A stretch of 32,000 nucleotides of DNA from Dickeya dadantii NCPPB 898 (GCF_000406145.1 NZ_CM001976.1:958505-990504); one strand, 5' to 3'; positions 1 to 8,132 are shown, counted from the first letter of the stretch. Notes: a model not told the origin generated them from the sequence alone. Numbers and translations are program-made.

Positions 1-810
1 GAAGCCGCGCAGCAAATAACGTTGAACAAAGCCCGCCACCAGCAGCACCGGCAGCGAAGACAGCAGCCCGATGCCCATCAGTTCTCCCCAGTAGATCTGG
101 TTTTCGGTCATGAAGTTGGCGATAAACAGCGGCAGCGTGAACTGCTGCGGGGTTTGCAGGTACAGCAGGGCGAACAGAAATTCGTTCCACGCCATGATCA
201 GAGTGAAGATCGCCGTGGCGACCAGACCGGGGGCGCACACCGGCAGCACGATGTAGCGCAGCCGTCGCCACAGCCCGGCGCCGTCCATCGCCGCCGCCTC
301 TTCCAGCGACAGCGGCACGTCGCGGATAAAACTGAGCAGCATCCAGATGCAAAACGGCAGGGTATAGACCTGATAAGCCAGCATCAGCCCGGTCAGGCTG
401 TTGAGCAGGTGCAGCGATTTGAGCAGCGAATAGAGCGGGATCGCCACTACCATCGGCGGCATCATCTTGATCAGCAGCACCAGCAGCAGGAACAGACTGT
501 CGAGCCGCGCCGGAAAGCGGTGGCGCGCCAGCGTGTAGGCGGCCAGAAACCCGGTCAGCAGCGATAACGCCGTAGCGCCGGCGGCCACCCACAACGTATT
601 AAACAGCCGTGCGCCGACGCCGTTATTCAGCAGGCTTTTCAGGTGAGTGAGCGTCCACTGTTGCGGCCAGAACGGGCTGGCAAGGCTGGAGAATTCGGCG
701 GTGGACTTAAACGCCGCCGCCACCATCCACAGGATCGGCAGGGTGAAAAACAGCAGCGCGACGGCCAGCGCCAGCGCACGCAGCGCCGTCAGCCAGTAGG
801 GGAGTCTCAT
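1..810 (-). CDS. carbohydrate ABC transporter permease (MalG/UgpE-like); 3' end runs off the window
   Basis: Not in the ORF track because it has no stop in the window. My reverse-strand translation from the ATG at 810-808 gives MRLPYWLTALRALALAVALLFFTLPILWMVAAAFKSTAEF... It is open for all 270 codons. It carries the EAA-loop motif LSLEEAAAMDGAGLWRRLRYIVLP and multiple TM segments. Its ATG overlaps the TGA of the upstream permease (ATGA at 807-810). Confidence 0.88.
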   Translation of the reverse strand, partial: MRLPYWLTALRALALAVALLFFTLPILWMVAAAFKSTAEFSSLASPFWPQQWTLTHLKSLLNNGVGARLFNTLWVAAGATALSLLTGFLAAYTLARHRFPARLDSLFLLLVLLIKMMPPMVVAIPLYSLLKSLHLLNSLTGLMLAYQVYTLPFCIWMLLSFIRDVPLSLEEAAAMDGAGLWRRLRYIVLPVCAPGLVATAIFTLIMAWNEFLFALLYLQTPQQFTLPLFIANFMTENQIYWGELMGIGLLSSLPVLLVAGFVQRYLLRGF

Positions 811-1679
811 GCGGTTTTCCCTCCGCGCAGCAACTGCCAGGCGTAGATCAGGCTCATGGCGGCGGCGAACAGCAGCATGATCACCGCGCCGGCGCTGGCA
901 AGCCCCAGATTGAAGAACTTGAAGCCCTGCTGATAGATATACAGCGACAGGGTTTCGGTGGCGTAGCCGGGGCCGCCGCCGGTCAGGGCGTAGACTTTAT
1001 CGAACAGCTTGAAGGTGTCGATGGAGCGCAGCAGCAGCGCCAGCATGAGAGGCTGGCGGATCAGCGGCAGCGTGACGTACCACAGCCGTTTCCAGCCGTT
1101 GGCGCCGTCGCTCTGCGCGGCTTCCAGCACGTCTTTGGGAATCGCCTGCAACCCGGCGAGGATTACCAGGCAGGCCATCGGCGTCCACTGCCAGATGTCC
1201 ACCAGCATCAGCGACCATAAAGCCAGATGCGGGCTGGACAGCCACGGCTGCGGCATCAGCCCCAGCACGGTCAGGCAATTGTTGAGCAGACCAAAATCGT
1301 AATGAAACCAGACGCGCCAGATAGCCGAGCACACCAGCGTGGAGATCATCATCGGGTAGATGAGCAGGCTCAGCACCCACTGGCGGCCGGGAAAATGGCG
1401 ATACAGCAACAACGCCAGCGCCAGTCCCAGCAGCACCTGCAACAGCGAACTGCCGAACGAGAACAGCAGGGTGTTTTTCAGGCTGGTGGTGAAGAACCAG
1501 TCGGCGAACAGCTGGCGGTAGTTTTCCAGCCCGACCCAACTGCGGCTGGCGGCGGCGTAATCCACCTTGCTGAAGGAGTAGAGCAGCATCTGGCCGATGG
1601 GATAGAGCGTCAGCAGCAGCAGCAGCGTGGCGGCGGGCATCAGCAGCAGCCAGCGTTGCCAGCGTGAATCAAAATGCAT
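807..1679 (-). CDS. carbohydrate ABC transporter permease (MalF/UgpA-like)
   Basis: Track ORF 807..1721. It is a multi-TM protein with a binding-protein-dependent transport inner-membrane motif (DVLEAAQSDGANGWKRLWYVTLPL). The 1721 start is TTG. I prefer the ATG at 1679 (MHFDSRWQRW...), which follows AAGGA with 6-nt spacing and leaves the GC hairpin at 1696-1715 intergenic. Confidence 0.88.
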   Translation of the reverse strand: MHFDSRWQRWLLLMPAATLLLLLTLYPIGQMLLYSFSKVDYAAASRSWVGLENYRQLFADWFFTTSLKNTLLFSFGSSLLQVLLGLALALLLYRHFPGRQWVLSLLIYPMMISTLVCSAIWRVWFHYDFGLLNNCLTVLGLMPQPWLSSPHLALWSLMLVDIWQWTPMACLVILAGLQAIPKDVLEAAQSDGANGWKRLWYVTLPLIRQPLMLALLLRSIDTFKLFDKVYALTGGGPGYATETLSLYIYQQGFKFFNLGLASAGAVIMLLFAAAMSLIYAWQLLRGGKTA

Positions 1680-1695
1680 GGGATGTCCTTGCATG

Positions 1696-1715
1696 GGCGG
1701 GCTGTGTAGCCCGCC
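1696..1715 (-). other. intercistronic GC-rich stem-loop between the binding-protein and permease genes
   Basis: ggcgggct / gtgt / agcccgcc forms a perfect 8-bp stem with a 4-nt loop. It lies between the SBP stop (1740) and the preferred permease start (1679). Confidence 0.5.
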
Positions 1716-1739
1716 TGACAACGGTGATTGCAGTGCCCG

Positions 1740-3050
1740 TTACTTCAGTACCTGCGCGATCTTCTGATTGGCCTGCTGCAACGCGACCTGCGCCGGCATC
1801 TGATCCATCAGCGCCAGTTGCAGGTAGTCGCCGAGAATACTTTCCACTTCCTGCCAGTTGCGGATGCGCGGACGCGCTTTGCCCGCTTCCAGCGCGGCCA
1901 GCTGTGCCGGATACCAACGGTACTTCTGCACCACCTGCGCATCCTGATAGACGCTGCGGCGAGTCGGCGGCAGCCCCAGTTCCAGCGCCAGTGCTTTCTG
2001 GTTTTCCGCGCTGGTGAGGTAGCTCAGGAATTGTTGCGCCAGTTCGTTGTGCTGGCTGTTTTTGGCGATCGCCATCTGCCAGATGCCGAGCATCGGCGAC
2101 GGACCGGCGCTCTGCCCCGGCGCGGGTTGCAGCGTCATTTTTCCGACCACTTTGGATTTAGTTGCGTCGTCCAGCGTCGAGGCCCAGGCCGGCCATACTT
2201 CGATCGCCATCGCCGCTTTGCCCTGTTCCATCGCCTGACGTACGTCGGCGGCGTTGTACACCTCAACCCCGGTGGGGGCGAATGCCTTCAGCGCCTTCAG
2301 GGTATTGAGCGCCTGTAGCGCCTGCGGGGAGTCCAGCGACGCTTTGCCGTTAGTTATCACGTTGCCGCCGTAGGCCCACAGCATCGGCATAAAGCCGGAA
2401 ACGATCGGGTTGCCTTTCATGCCGCGGAACACCACGCCGGAAACGCCCGGTTCCTGCTGTTGCAGGGTTTTGGCGTCGCTCAGCACCGCGTCCCAGTTAG
2501 CGGGCGCTTTGAGCTGGTGTTTATCGAACAGATCCTGACGATAGGCGAACATCGCCACGTTGCCGACCACCGGCAGGCTATACGCCGGGCCGCTGTTTTC
2601 CGGCACGCGTGAGACGTTCAGCACCGCTGGAATGAAGTCGCTGCTTTGCAGGCTTTCCGGCAGCGGTTGTAGCCAGCCGTTACCGGCGAATTCCGGGCTC
2701 CAGCTGTCGTCCATCAACATCAAGTCGTAGGCCGAGGCGTTTTCCCGCAGGGAAATCACCAGTTTTTCATACAGGTTGGCGTAGGGCAGTTTCAGCAGTT
2801 CGATTTGTTTGCCGGGGTATTGTTGCTGAAAGCGGGCCAACGTGCTGTCGAGCGCCTTGCCGTAAACGTCATCGCGCCCGGCGATGACCAGGTCGGCGGC
2901 TTGCGCCGTCATGCCGCACGCCAGACCGATGGCGAGCAGCAGGCGGGAAAGGGTTTTTGTGCTGTGCGGTTTTGTTGTCAGCGTGGTGTTGCCAGGCTTG
3001 TTTTTACCAAACATCTTGTTTTTAACAAACATGTCGTTGTTGCCAAACAT
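1740..3050 (-). CDS. ABC transporter periplasmic substrate-binding protein (family 1 extracellular solute-binding protein), sugar-type
   Basis: Track ORF of 436 aa. It has a signal peptide (...SRLLLAIGLACGMTAQA/ADL) and typical SBP length and composition. It is the first gene of the SBP-permease-permease operon. An AAAGG Shine-Dalgarno lies 8 nt upstream of the ATG at 3050. Confidence 0.88.
   Translation of the reverse strand: MFGNNDMFVKNKMFGKNKPGNTTLTTKPHSTKTLSRLLLAIGLACGMTAQAADLVIAGRDDVYGKALDSTLARFQQQYPGKQIELLKLPYANLYEKLVISLRENASAYDLMLMDDSWSPEFAGNGWLQPLPESLQSSDFIPAVLNVSRVPENSGPAYSLPVVGNVAMFAYRQDLFDKHQLKAPANWDAVLSDAKTLQQQEPGVSGVVFRGMKGNPIVSGFMPMLWAYGGNVITNGKASLDSPQALQALNTLKALKAFAPTGVEVYNAADVRQAMEQGKAAMAIEVWPAWASTLDDATKSKVVGKMTLQPAPGQSAGPSPMLGIWQMAIAKNSQHNELAQQFLSYLTSAENQKALALELGLPPTRRSVYQDAQVVQKYRWYPAQLAALEAGKARPRIRNWQEVESILGDYLQLALMDQMPAQVALQQANQKIAQVLK
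2997..3050 (-). repeat. 18-bp x3 in-frame tandem repeat at the 5' end of the SBP gene, each unit beginning with ATG
   Basis: Minus-strand units are atgtttggcaacaacgac, atgtttgttaaaaacaag and atgtttggtaaaaacaag. Units 2 and 3 differ at 1 of 18 positions. They encode MFGNND-MFVKNK-MFGKNK. Confidence 0.85.
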
Positions 3051-3161
3051 AGTGAGCGCCTTTTGTCAGGAGTGCATACGTTTGCACAGGCGCTATCTTT
3101 GGCGACAAGGATGACAGAAACATGAATGCGGGATGAACAATCCGAGATGCTGGGGTGAGGA

Positions 3162-3182
3162 GGAAGCCGGATTCCGGCTTCC
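3162..3182 (-). terminator. hairpin downstream of mdtG (possible terminator, no clear U-tract)
   Basis: ggaagccgg / att / ccggcttcc forms a perfect 9-bp stem, 10 nt beyond the mdtG stop. The flanks are not T-rich on the minus strand. Confidence 0.35.
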
Positions 3183-3191
3183 CTAAAGCGG

Positions 3192-4385
3192 TCAGCCTTT
3201 TTTCGGCATGCGGGCGAAGCTCACCATCAACTGTACGCCGTTAATCAGCACCAGCAGCGCGGTGACCAGAAACACCCAGCGGTAGCCCAACGTGGCGGAA
3301 ACGGTAGAGCCGAGCAGCGGCCCGACCACGTTGCCGAGATACATGCAGGATTGGTTATACCCGAAAATGCGGCCGGTCACCTGCTGGCTGCTGTATTTCA
3401 CCAGCAGCGCCTGCACCGCCGGCATCAGCGCGCCGTCGGCGAAACCCAGCGCGAAGCGCAAAATCCCGAGCTGAACCGAGCTTTGCACCGCCGACATCAG
3501 GAAGAACAGCAGCGCGCACAGGAACAGCGCCACGATCAGCACCCGCTGGGAACCGATGCGATCCCCCAACCGGCCGAGGCGCGGCGCGGACAACAGCGCC
3601 GACACTCCCGGCACGGCGGCGATAACGCCGCTGATAAACGCGATATTATCAATGTTGGGGGAGAGGTCGCGGATAAACAACGTCAGGATCGGGCTGATGG
3701 AGCCGTTCGCCATCTGAATCATCATGGTGGTGAAGCACAGGCTGACAATCAGCAGCGGATAAGGCAGCGAGGCGAACACCGCCCGGCCGCTGAGCTGCGC
3801 TTTTTTGCTGACGGTAACGGCATTTTCACGGATGGCGAACAGCGTGATGAGAAAGCAGATAAACAACATGGCGGAGGTGACGAAAAACACCATGCGCAGA
3901 CCGATGGTATCGGCCATGAAGCCGCCGAGCAGCGGACCGATCAACACCCCCGCCACCTGCCCGGTGGACAACGTGCCGAGCGCCCAACCGCTGCGGCTAC
4001 GCGGCACCTGCGAGGCAATCAGCGCCATGGCGTTGGGAATGTAGCCGGAGGTCAGCCCCATTAGCGCGCGCAGGATAAACAGCTGCCAGACGTTGGTGGC
4101 CATGCCTTGTAGCGCCATGACGATAGACATACCGAGCGCGGCGCGCAGCAACATCAGCTTGCGGCCCTTGCGGTCGGCCAGGCTGCCCCACAGCGGCGCG
4201 ACAATCGCCGAAATCAGAAACGAGGAACTGAACACCAGCCCAGACCACAGATTGAGCGCGGTGTGATCGCTAACGCCCAGATGTTCGATGTAGAGCGGCA
4301 GGAACGGCAGTATCTGGCTCATGGCCATGCCGGTGAAAAAACATCCCAGCCAGGCGGAGAAAAGGTTGAGTTTCCAGGTTTCCAT
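3192..4385 (-). CDS. mdtG: MFS multidrug efflux transporter MdtG (YceE)
   Basis: The 397-aa ORF aligns along its whole length with my recollection of E. coli MdtG. Shared stretches include WLGCF.TG..., [58 protein letters not shown] and GRIF.YNQS. Confidence 0.9.
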   Translation of the reverse strand: METWKLNLFSAWLGCFFTGMAMSQILPFLPLYIEHLGVSDHTALNLWSGLVFSSSFLISAIVAPLWGSLADRKGRKLMLLRAALGMSIVMALQGMATNVWQLFILRALMGLTSGYIPNAMALIASQVPRSRSGWALGTLSTGQVAGVLIGPLLGGFMADTIGLRMVFFVTSAMLFICFLITLFAIRENAVTVSKKAQLSGRAVFASLPYPLLIVSLCFTTMMIQMANGSISPILTLFIRDLSPNIDNIAFISGVIAAVPGVSALLSAPRLGRLGDRIGSQRVLIVALFLCALLFFLMSAVQSSVQLGILRFALGFADGALMPAVQALLVKYSSQQVTGRIFGYNQSCMYLGNVVGPLLGSTVSATLGYRWVFLVTALLVLINGVQLMVSFARMPKKG

Positions 4386-4616
4386 AGGGCAGGTTTTTAC
4401 GTCGTCAGTGAAAGGCCGGGTCGCTCCCGCGCCAGTGCCACGCTGAATTACGCGACACCGCTAGTATGGCCGCTTTTGTCTTAGCCGGGAAATAATTTTA
4501 TATATCAAAGAATAATCCAACCCCGGTGATTGATGGGTTTTTGGTTGCAAAGCGGTCGTCGAACACACTGTGGTGCCCAGATAAACAAGAAAACCAAAAC
4601 GTGATTCTGAATTTTT

Positions 4617-4632
4617 TGTGATTTGAATCACA
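4617..4632. promoter_or_regulatory. near-consensus CRP (cAMP receptor protein) binding site
   Basis: TGTGAtttgaaTCACA matches TGTGA-N6-TCACA perfectly. The palindrome extends to 9-bp arms (ttttgtgat / atcacaaaa, 4614-4635). It lies between divergent mdtG and the small ORF. Confidence 0.6.
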
Positions 4633-4638
4633 AAAGTG

Positions 4639-4667
4639 TTGCGTCAGGATTCAACAAAACGTACAAT
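4639..4667 (+). promoter_or_regulatory. candidate sigma70 promoter for the small ORF
   Basis: TTGCGT (4639-4644), a 17-nt spacer, then TACAAT (4662-4667). It is about 45 nt upstream of the GTG at 4715. The CRP-site centre would fall near -49, which is a non-canonical spacing. Confidence 0.35.
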
Positions 4668-4714
4668 CTTTTACCAGAAAGTTCACAAATCATTCATTAG
4701 CCAAGGTGATCGAC

Positions 4715-4792
4715 GTGCGTAAATTCCTGAAAAAACTTCTGGTCGCTTACATCAATGCTTACAAAGACATCCCGCCGGGTGCCATGCATTAA
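4715..4792 (+). CDS. candidate small protein (25 aa), MRKFLKKLLVAYINAYKDIPPGAMH
   Basis: GTG start preceded by AAGGTGA with 5-nt spacing. The TAA stop is at 4790-4792, and a strong intrinsic terminator begins 24 nt downstream. It is below the ORF-track size cutoff. I recall no homologue. Confidence 0.4.
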   Translation: MRKFLKKLLVAYINAYKDIPPGAMH

Positions 4793-4815
4793 TTGCCCTG
4801 AGCAGACCAAAATTA

Positions 4816-4854
4816 AATAAGAAGGCCGCTATGACAGCGGCCTTCTTATTTTTC
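4816..4854 (+). terminator. rho-independent terminator (15-bp stem)
   Basis: aataagaaggccgct / atgac / agcggccttcttatt followed by tttcg. The A-tract/T-tract symmetry suggests it could act bidirectionally. Confidence 0.75.
4822..4844. repeat. copy 1 of a perfect 23-bp direct repeat (aaggccgctatgacagcggcctt)
   Basis: An identical 23-mer recurs at 5801-5823, 979 bp away. Confidence 0.9.
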
Positions 4855-4985
4855 GTTAGGTATGAACATACAGGCGGGCTGTAATTTCTTGGGTTATTGC
4901 GTCTGTTAGGGCTGGAAGATGGGTTCAACCGCGTAGCAGCAGCGGTGGGCCGGGTGCTATTGTTTAAATTGGTTAATAAACACAC

Positions 4986-5654
4986 ATGGTTTTTGATATT
5001 ATCAATCTTAACAAAGTACAACAGGCTATGCTTACAATGTCACCAGTCCTCAACGATAGCGGGAGTTTTGATATGGCGATTCTTCCAATGTCATATAGTC
5101 CTGCCACTATGGCGCGGGAATACCGGAAAATTGGCGAAACGGGTGTGAACGGTCGTGCGGTGGATATTTATATTCACAGTGATCGGCACCATGCAGTGGC
5201 AATATATGGCGAACCCGATGACGTTGATGGTGATTTACGGCATGTTGTGGTAGCAAAGATTGACCTGAAATCCCGTAACAGCGACGACGAAACCGAAACT
5301 ATTTTGGCTGTCATCGGTTATTACGAGAATCTGCAACCGGTGAATACCCATCCTGCCCAGGTTGAAGGCGTGATTGTCGCCAAGCGTGAACGAAACGCCA
5401 ATGTCGCCAGCGCCATGTATAAGGCGCTCATTAACGACGGCATTGTGCTGGTTAGTGATAACCTTCAATTCCCTGGAGGGAAAGCACTATGGGCGCGTAT
5501 GGCACGTAAAGAGATGGGTATTGATGGTTTGTATTCGACTCAGAACGGCGTGCTTTCTGGCCGTATGACGGTGAACGGATCCGATACGATGGCCGCAGTA
5601 TTCCAGAGAGCGACATCTGGAGTCTTGCGCCGAATGAATCGCGAAAAGGGGTAG
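4986..5654 (+). CDS. hypothetical protein (orphan; weak GNAT-like motif only)
   Basis: Track ORF of 222 aa. The best translational start is probably the ATG at 5073 (MAILPMSY...), which follows GGGAG with 7-nt spacing and gives 193 aa. The gene is visibly AT-richer than its flanks. The segment VIVAKRERNANVASAMYKALINDGIVLVSDNLQFPGGKALWARMARK loosely resembles an acetyltransferase motif-A region. I recognise no confident family. Confidence 0.6.
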   Translation: MVFDIINLNKVQQAMLTMSPVLNDSGSFDMAILPMSYSPATMAREYRKIGETGVNGRAVDIYIHSDRHHAVAIYGEPDDVDGDLRHVVVAKIDLKSRNSDDETETILAVIGYYENLQPVNTHPAQVEGVIVAKRERNANVASAMYKALINDGIVLVSDNLQFPGGKALWARMARKEMGIDGLYSTQNGVLSGRMTVNGSDTMAAVFQRATSGVLRRMNREKG

Positions 5655-5757
5655 TGCTGGTAGCTGAACGCAAACGAGATGAATCAGCAGTTTGATGCAG
5701 CCTCAACCTGCGCAAAAACTTGCAGCGTCTAACTTGTGGTAGAAGTTCATACCTATT

Positions 5758-5800
5758 GACAAAGTCCCTGCCGGCGAGTCAGGACTTTGTCTGTAGTTTT
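5758..5800 (+). terminator. hairpin plus T-rich tail downstream of the orphan ORF
   Basis: gacaaagtcc / 14-nt loop / ggactttgtc forms a perfect 10-bp stem, followed by tgtagtttt. Confidence 0.5.
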
Positions 5801-5828
5801 AAGGCCGCTATGACAGCGGCCTTTTTCA
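5801..5828 (+). terminator. rho-independent terminator; copy 2 of the 23-bp direct repeat
   Basis: aaggccgct / atgac / agcggcctt followed by tttc. The 23-mer is identical to 4822-4844. Confidence 0.65.
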
Positions 5829-5895
5829 TATCTTCGCTTTTTGCTTCGTCGGTTTTATTTCAACTCACGTGTGTAACGGCTCATCGTCTTGGCGA

Positions 5896-5975
5896 ATCAT
5901 AGTTTTAACAAAGCATAGTTTTAACAAATCATAGTTTTAAAAAATTATAGTTTAAAAAAATTATAGTCTTAACGA
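5896..5975. repeat. 16-bp x5 tandem repeat (consensus ATCATAGTTTTAACAA)
   Basis: The units are atcatagttttaacaa, agcatagttttaacaa, atcatagttttaaaaa, attatagtttaaaaaa and attatagtcttaacga. The last unit contains the dmlA stop codon (5969-5971). Confidence 0.9.
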
Positions 5976-7054
5976 CTCAGCGCCTGCGCAATCGCCTCGC
6001 CCAGCGCGGCGGTGTTGCCGCTGCCGCCAAGGTCCCGCGTCAGCGGCGCATTTCCCGGCCCCTGTGCCAGCACCCGTTCAATGGCGCTTAGCACCGCCGC
6101 GCCGGCGGCGTCGTGACCGAGGTGTTCCAGCATCATCGCCCCGCACCAGATTTGGCCGATTGGATTGGCGATGCCTTTGCCGGCGATATCCGGCGCCGAG
6201 CCGTGCACCGGTTCGAACAGGCTGGGGAAGGTGCGATCCGGATTGATGTTGGCCGACGGCGCGATGCCGATAGTGCCGGTACAGGCCGGGCCGAGGTCGG
6301 ACAGAATATCGCCGAACAGGTTGCTGGCGACCACCACGTCAAACCAGTCCGGGTGCAGCACGAAGTTGGCGGTGAGGATATCGATGTGATATTTGTCCAC
6401 CTTCACTTCCGGGTAGCGGGCGCTCATGTCGGCGACGCGGCTGTCCCAGTACGGCATGGTGATGGCGATGCCGTTGGATTTGGTGGCGGAAGTCAGATGC
6501 TTTTTCGGGCGTTTCATCGCTAGTTCGTAGGCGAATTTAAGGATGCGATCGACGCCGACGCGGGTCATCACCGTTTCCTGAATCACCACTTCGCGCTCGG
6601 TGCCGGCAAACATCGTGCCGCCGACGCTGGAATATTCGCCTTCGGTGTTTTCGCGCACGATGTAGAAGTCGATATCACCGGGTTGACGCCCGGCCAGCGG
6701 CGCTTTCACGCCCGGCATCAGGCGGCAGGGGCGCAGGTTGACGTACTGGTCGAATTCACGGCGGAACAGCAGCAGCGATTGCCACAGCGACACGTGATCC
6801 GGCACCACCTCCGGCCAGCCCACCGCGCCGAAATAGATGGCGTCAAAGTCCTTGAGCTGCGCGAACCAGTTGTCCGGCATCATCTTGCCGTGCCGGAGGT
6901 AGTAATCGGCGTTGGCGAAATCAAACCATTCCCACTCCAGCTGGATATCAAACAGTTCGGCGGCACGGGCGATCACCCGTACCCCTTCCGGCATCACTTC
7001 CTTGCCGATGCCGTCGCCGGGAATGACGGCAATGCGGTAACGCGGTTGAGACAT
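5969..7054 (-). CDS. dmlA: D-malate dehydrogenase (decarboxylating) / tartrate dehydrogenase, isocitrate-isopropylmalate dehydrogenase family
   Basis: The track ORF runs 5969..7333, but the real start is the ATG at 7054 (MSQPRYRIAVIPGDGIGKEV...), which follows AGGAG. The 361-aa product closely matches my recollection of E. coli DmlA/YeaU. Shared stretches include FDAIYFGAVGWP, FRREFDQYVNLRP, DFY.VRENTEGEYS, LTSATKSNG, VVASNLFGDILSDLGPACTGTIGIAPSAN and SLFEPVHGSAPDI. Confidence 0.9.
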   Translation of the reverse strand: MSQPRYRIAVIPGDGIGKEVMPEGVRVIARAAELFDIQLEWEWFDFANADYYLRHGKMMPDNWFAQLKDFDAIYFGAVGWPEVVPDHVSLWQSLLLFRREFDQYVNLRPCRLMPGVKAPLAGRQPGDIDFYIVRENTEGEYSSVGGTMFAGTEREVVIQETVMTRVGVDRILKFAYELAMKRPKKHLTSATKSNGIAITMPYWDSRVADMSARYPEVKVDKYHIDILTANFVLHPDWFDVVVASNLFGDILSDLGPACTGTIGIAPSANINPDRTFPSLFEPVHGSAPDIAGKGIANPIGQIWCGAMMLEHLGHDAAGAAVLSAIERVLAQGPGNAPLTRDLGGSGNTAALGEAIAQALSR

Positions 7055-7175
7055 GGCAACTCCTGAACGGTTTTTCTGATCGATTGCACTTGGGTAACAG
7101 AGAGTGTATTTATTCTGTTCGATGTAAACAATTTCGCTTCCGGTAAAGGCATTGTTGAATAAAAGAGAAGAATAA

Positions 7176-8132
7176 ATGAGTGCAATCGACGATTTGTTGT
7201 TCTTCAGCCGTATCGCCGCGCTTGGCAGCCTGACGGCGGTGGCGCGCGAAAGCGGGTTATCGCTGCCGGCCGTCAGCAAACGGTTGACGCAACTGGAGCA
7301 ACGGTTGGGGGTACAGCTGATCAGGCGTACCACCCGGCGGTTGGATTTAACGCCGGAGGGGCAATTGTACGCCGAAGGTGCGTTGCCGATTCTGCATGAA
7401 ATCGAAGAACTGGAAAGTCAGGTTCGCCGTAACCAGCTAACGCTGCGCGGGCGGCTGACCGTCAATGCGTCGTTCGGTTTCGGGCGTCGCCATATTGCGC
7501 CGCTGATTTCCGCCTTCGCCCGTCAGCACGGCGAGCTGGAAGTGCAGTTGCAGCTCACCAGTCAGCCGCTCAACATGCTGGACGCCGGCGTGGATATCGA
7601 TATTCGCTTCGGCGCGCCGCCGGACTCGCGGCTGGTGGCGCATCGGCTGATGGAAAATCCGCGGGTGCTGTGCGCCGCGCCGGCTTATCTGGCGCGCTGC
7701 GGCACGCCGCAGACGGTGGCGGATCTGGCCGGGCACAACTGTCTGGTGTTGCGTCAGTACGAGAGCGACTACGGTTTATGGCGTTTTTACCGCGACGGCC
7801 GCGAGTTTACCCACCGTGCTTTCGGCAATCTTTCCGCCAACGACGGCGAGGTGATCATGCGCTACGCGCTGGACGGGCACGGCATTATCCTGCGTTCGCT
7901 GTGGGATGTGCGCCCCTGGCTGTCCAGCGGCGAGCTGGTGGCGCTGTTGCCGGACTACATCATGCCGGAAGCGGATATTTACGCGGTCTATCAGCAGCGT
8001 CGGCATGTGCCGGCGCGCATTTCCGCGTTTATCGTCTGGCTGAAACAGCAGTTGCTGCAAGGGGAGGAAGGCAGGCCGCGCCTCCCCGGCGGGGAAGCGC
8101 GGAGAATTACTGGCGCACCAGACGGCCGGTAG
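7176..8132 (+). CDS. dmlR: LysR-family transcriptional regulator, divergent from dmlA (DmlR-like)
   Basis: 318-aa ORF with an N-terminal LysR HTH ([45 protein letters not shown]). It is arranged divergently from dmlA, like E. coli dmlR-dmlA. Its 3' end overlaps queF convergently by 26 bp. Confidence 0.82.
   Translation: MSAIDDLLFFSRIAALGSLTAVARESGLSLPAVSKRLTQLEQRLGVQLIRRTTRRLDLTPEGQLYAEGALPILHEIEELESQVRRNQLTLRGRLTVNASFGFGRRHIAPLISAFARQHGELEVQLQLTSQPLNMLDAGVDIDIRFGAPPDSRLVAHRLMENPRVLCAAPAYLARCGTPQTVADLAGHNCLVLRQYESDYGLWRFYRDGREFTHRAFGNLSANDGEVIMRYALDGHGIILRSLWDVRPWLSSGELVALLPDYIMPEADIYAVYQQRRHVPARISAFIVWLKQQLLQGEEGRPRLPGGEARRITGAPDGR

Noticed and set aside
22-846. Plus-strand ORFs 22..567 and 643..846, with Arg/Gln/His-rich translations
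   Set aside because: They are antisense shadows of the well-supported minus-strand permease gene (1..810). Their low-complexity composition is typical of the reverse frame of GC-rich membrane-protein genes.
4855-4861. GTTAGGT matches the integron core site GTTRRRY next to the islet, suggesting an attC gene cassette
   Set aside because: A 7-bp degenerate match is expected by chance. There is no inverse core site in the proper attC geometry, and no intI or cassette array in the window.
7055-7333. N-terminal 93-aa extension of the 454-aa track ORF containing dmlA
   Set aside because: Homology begins at MSQPRYRIAVIPGDG, with a good AGGAG SD at 7054. The extension would run through the divergent promoter and into the dmlR coding sequence.
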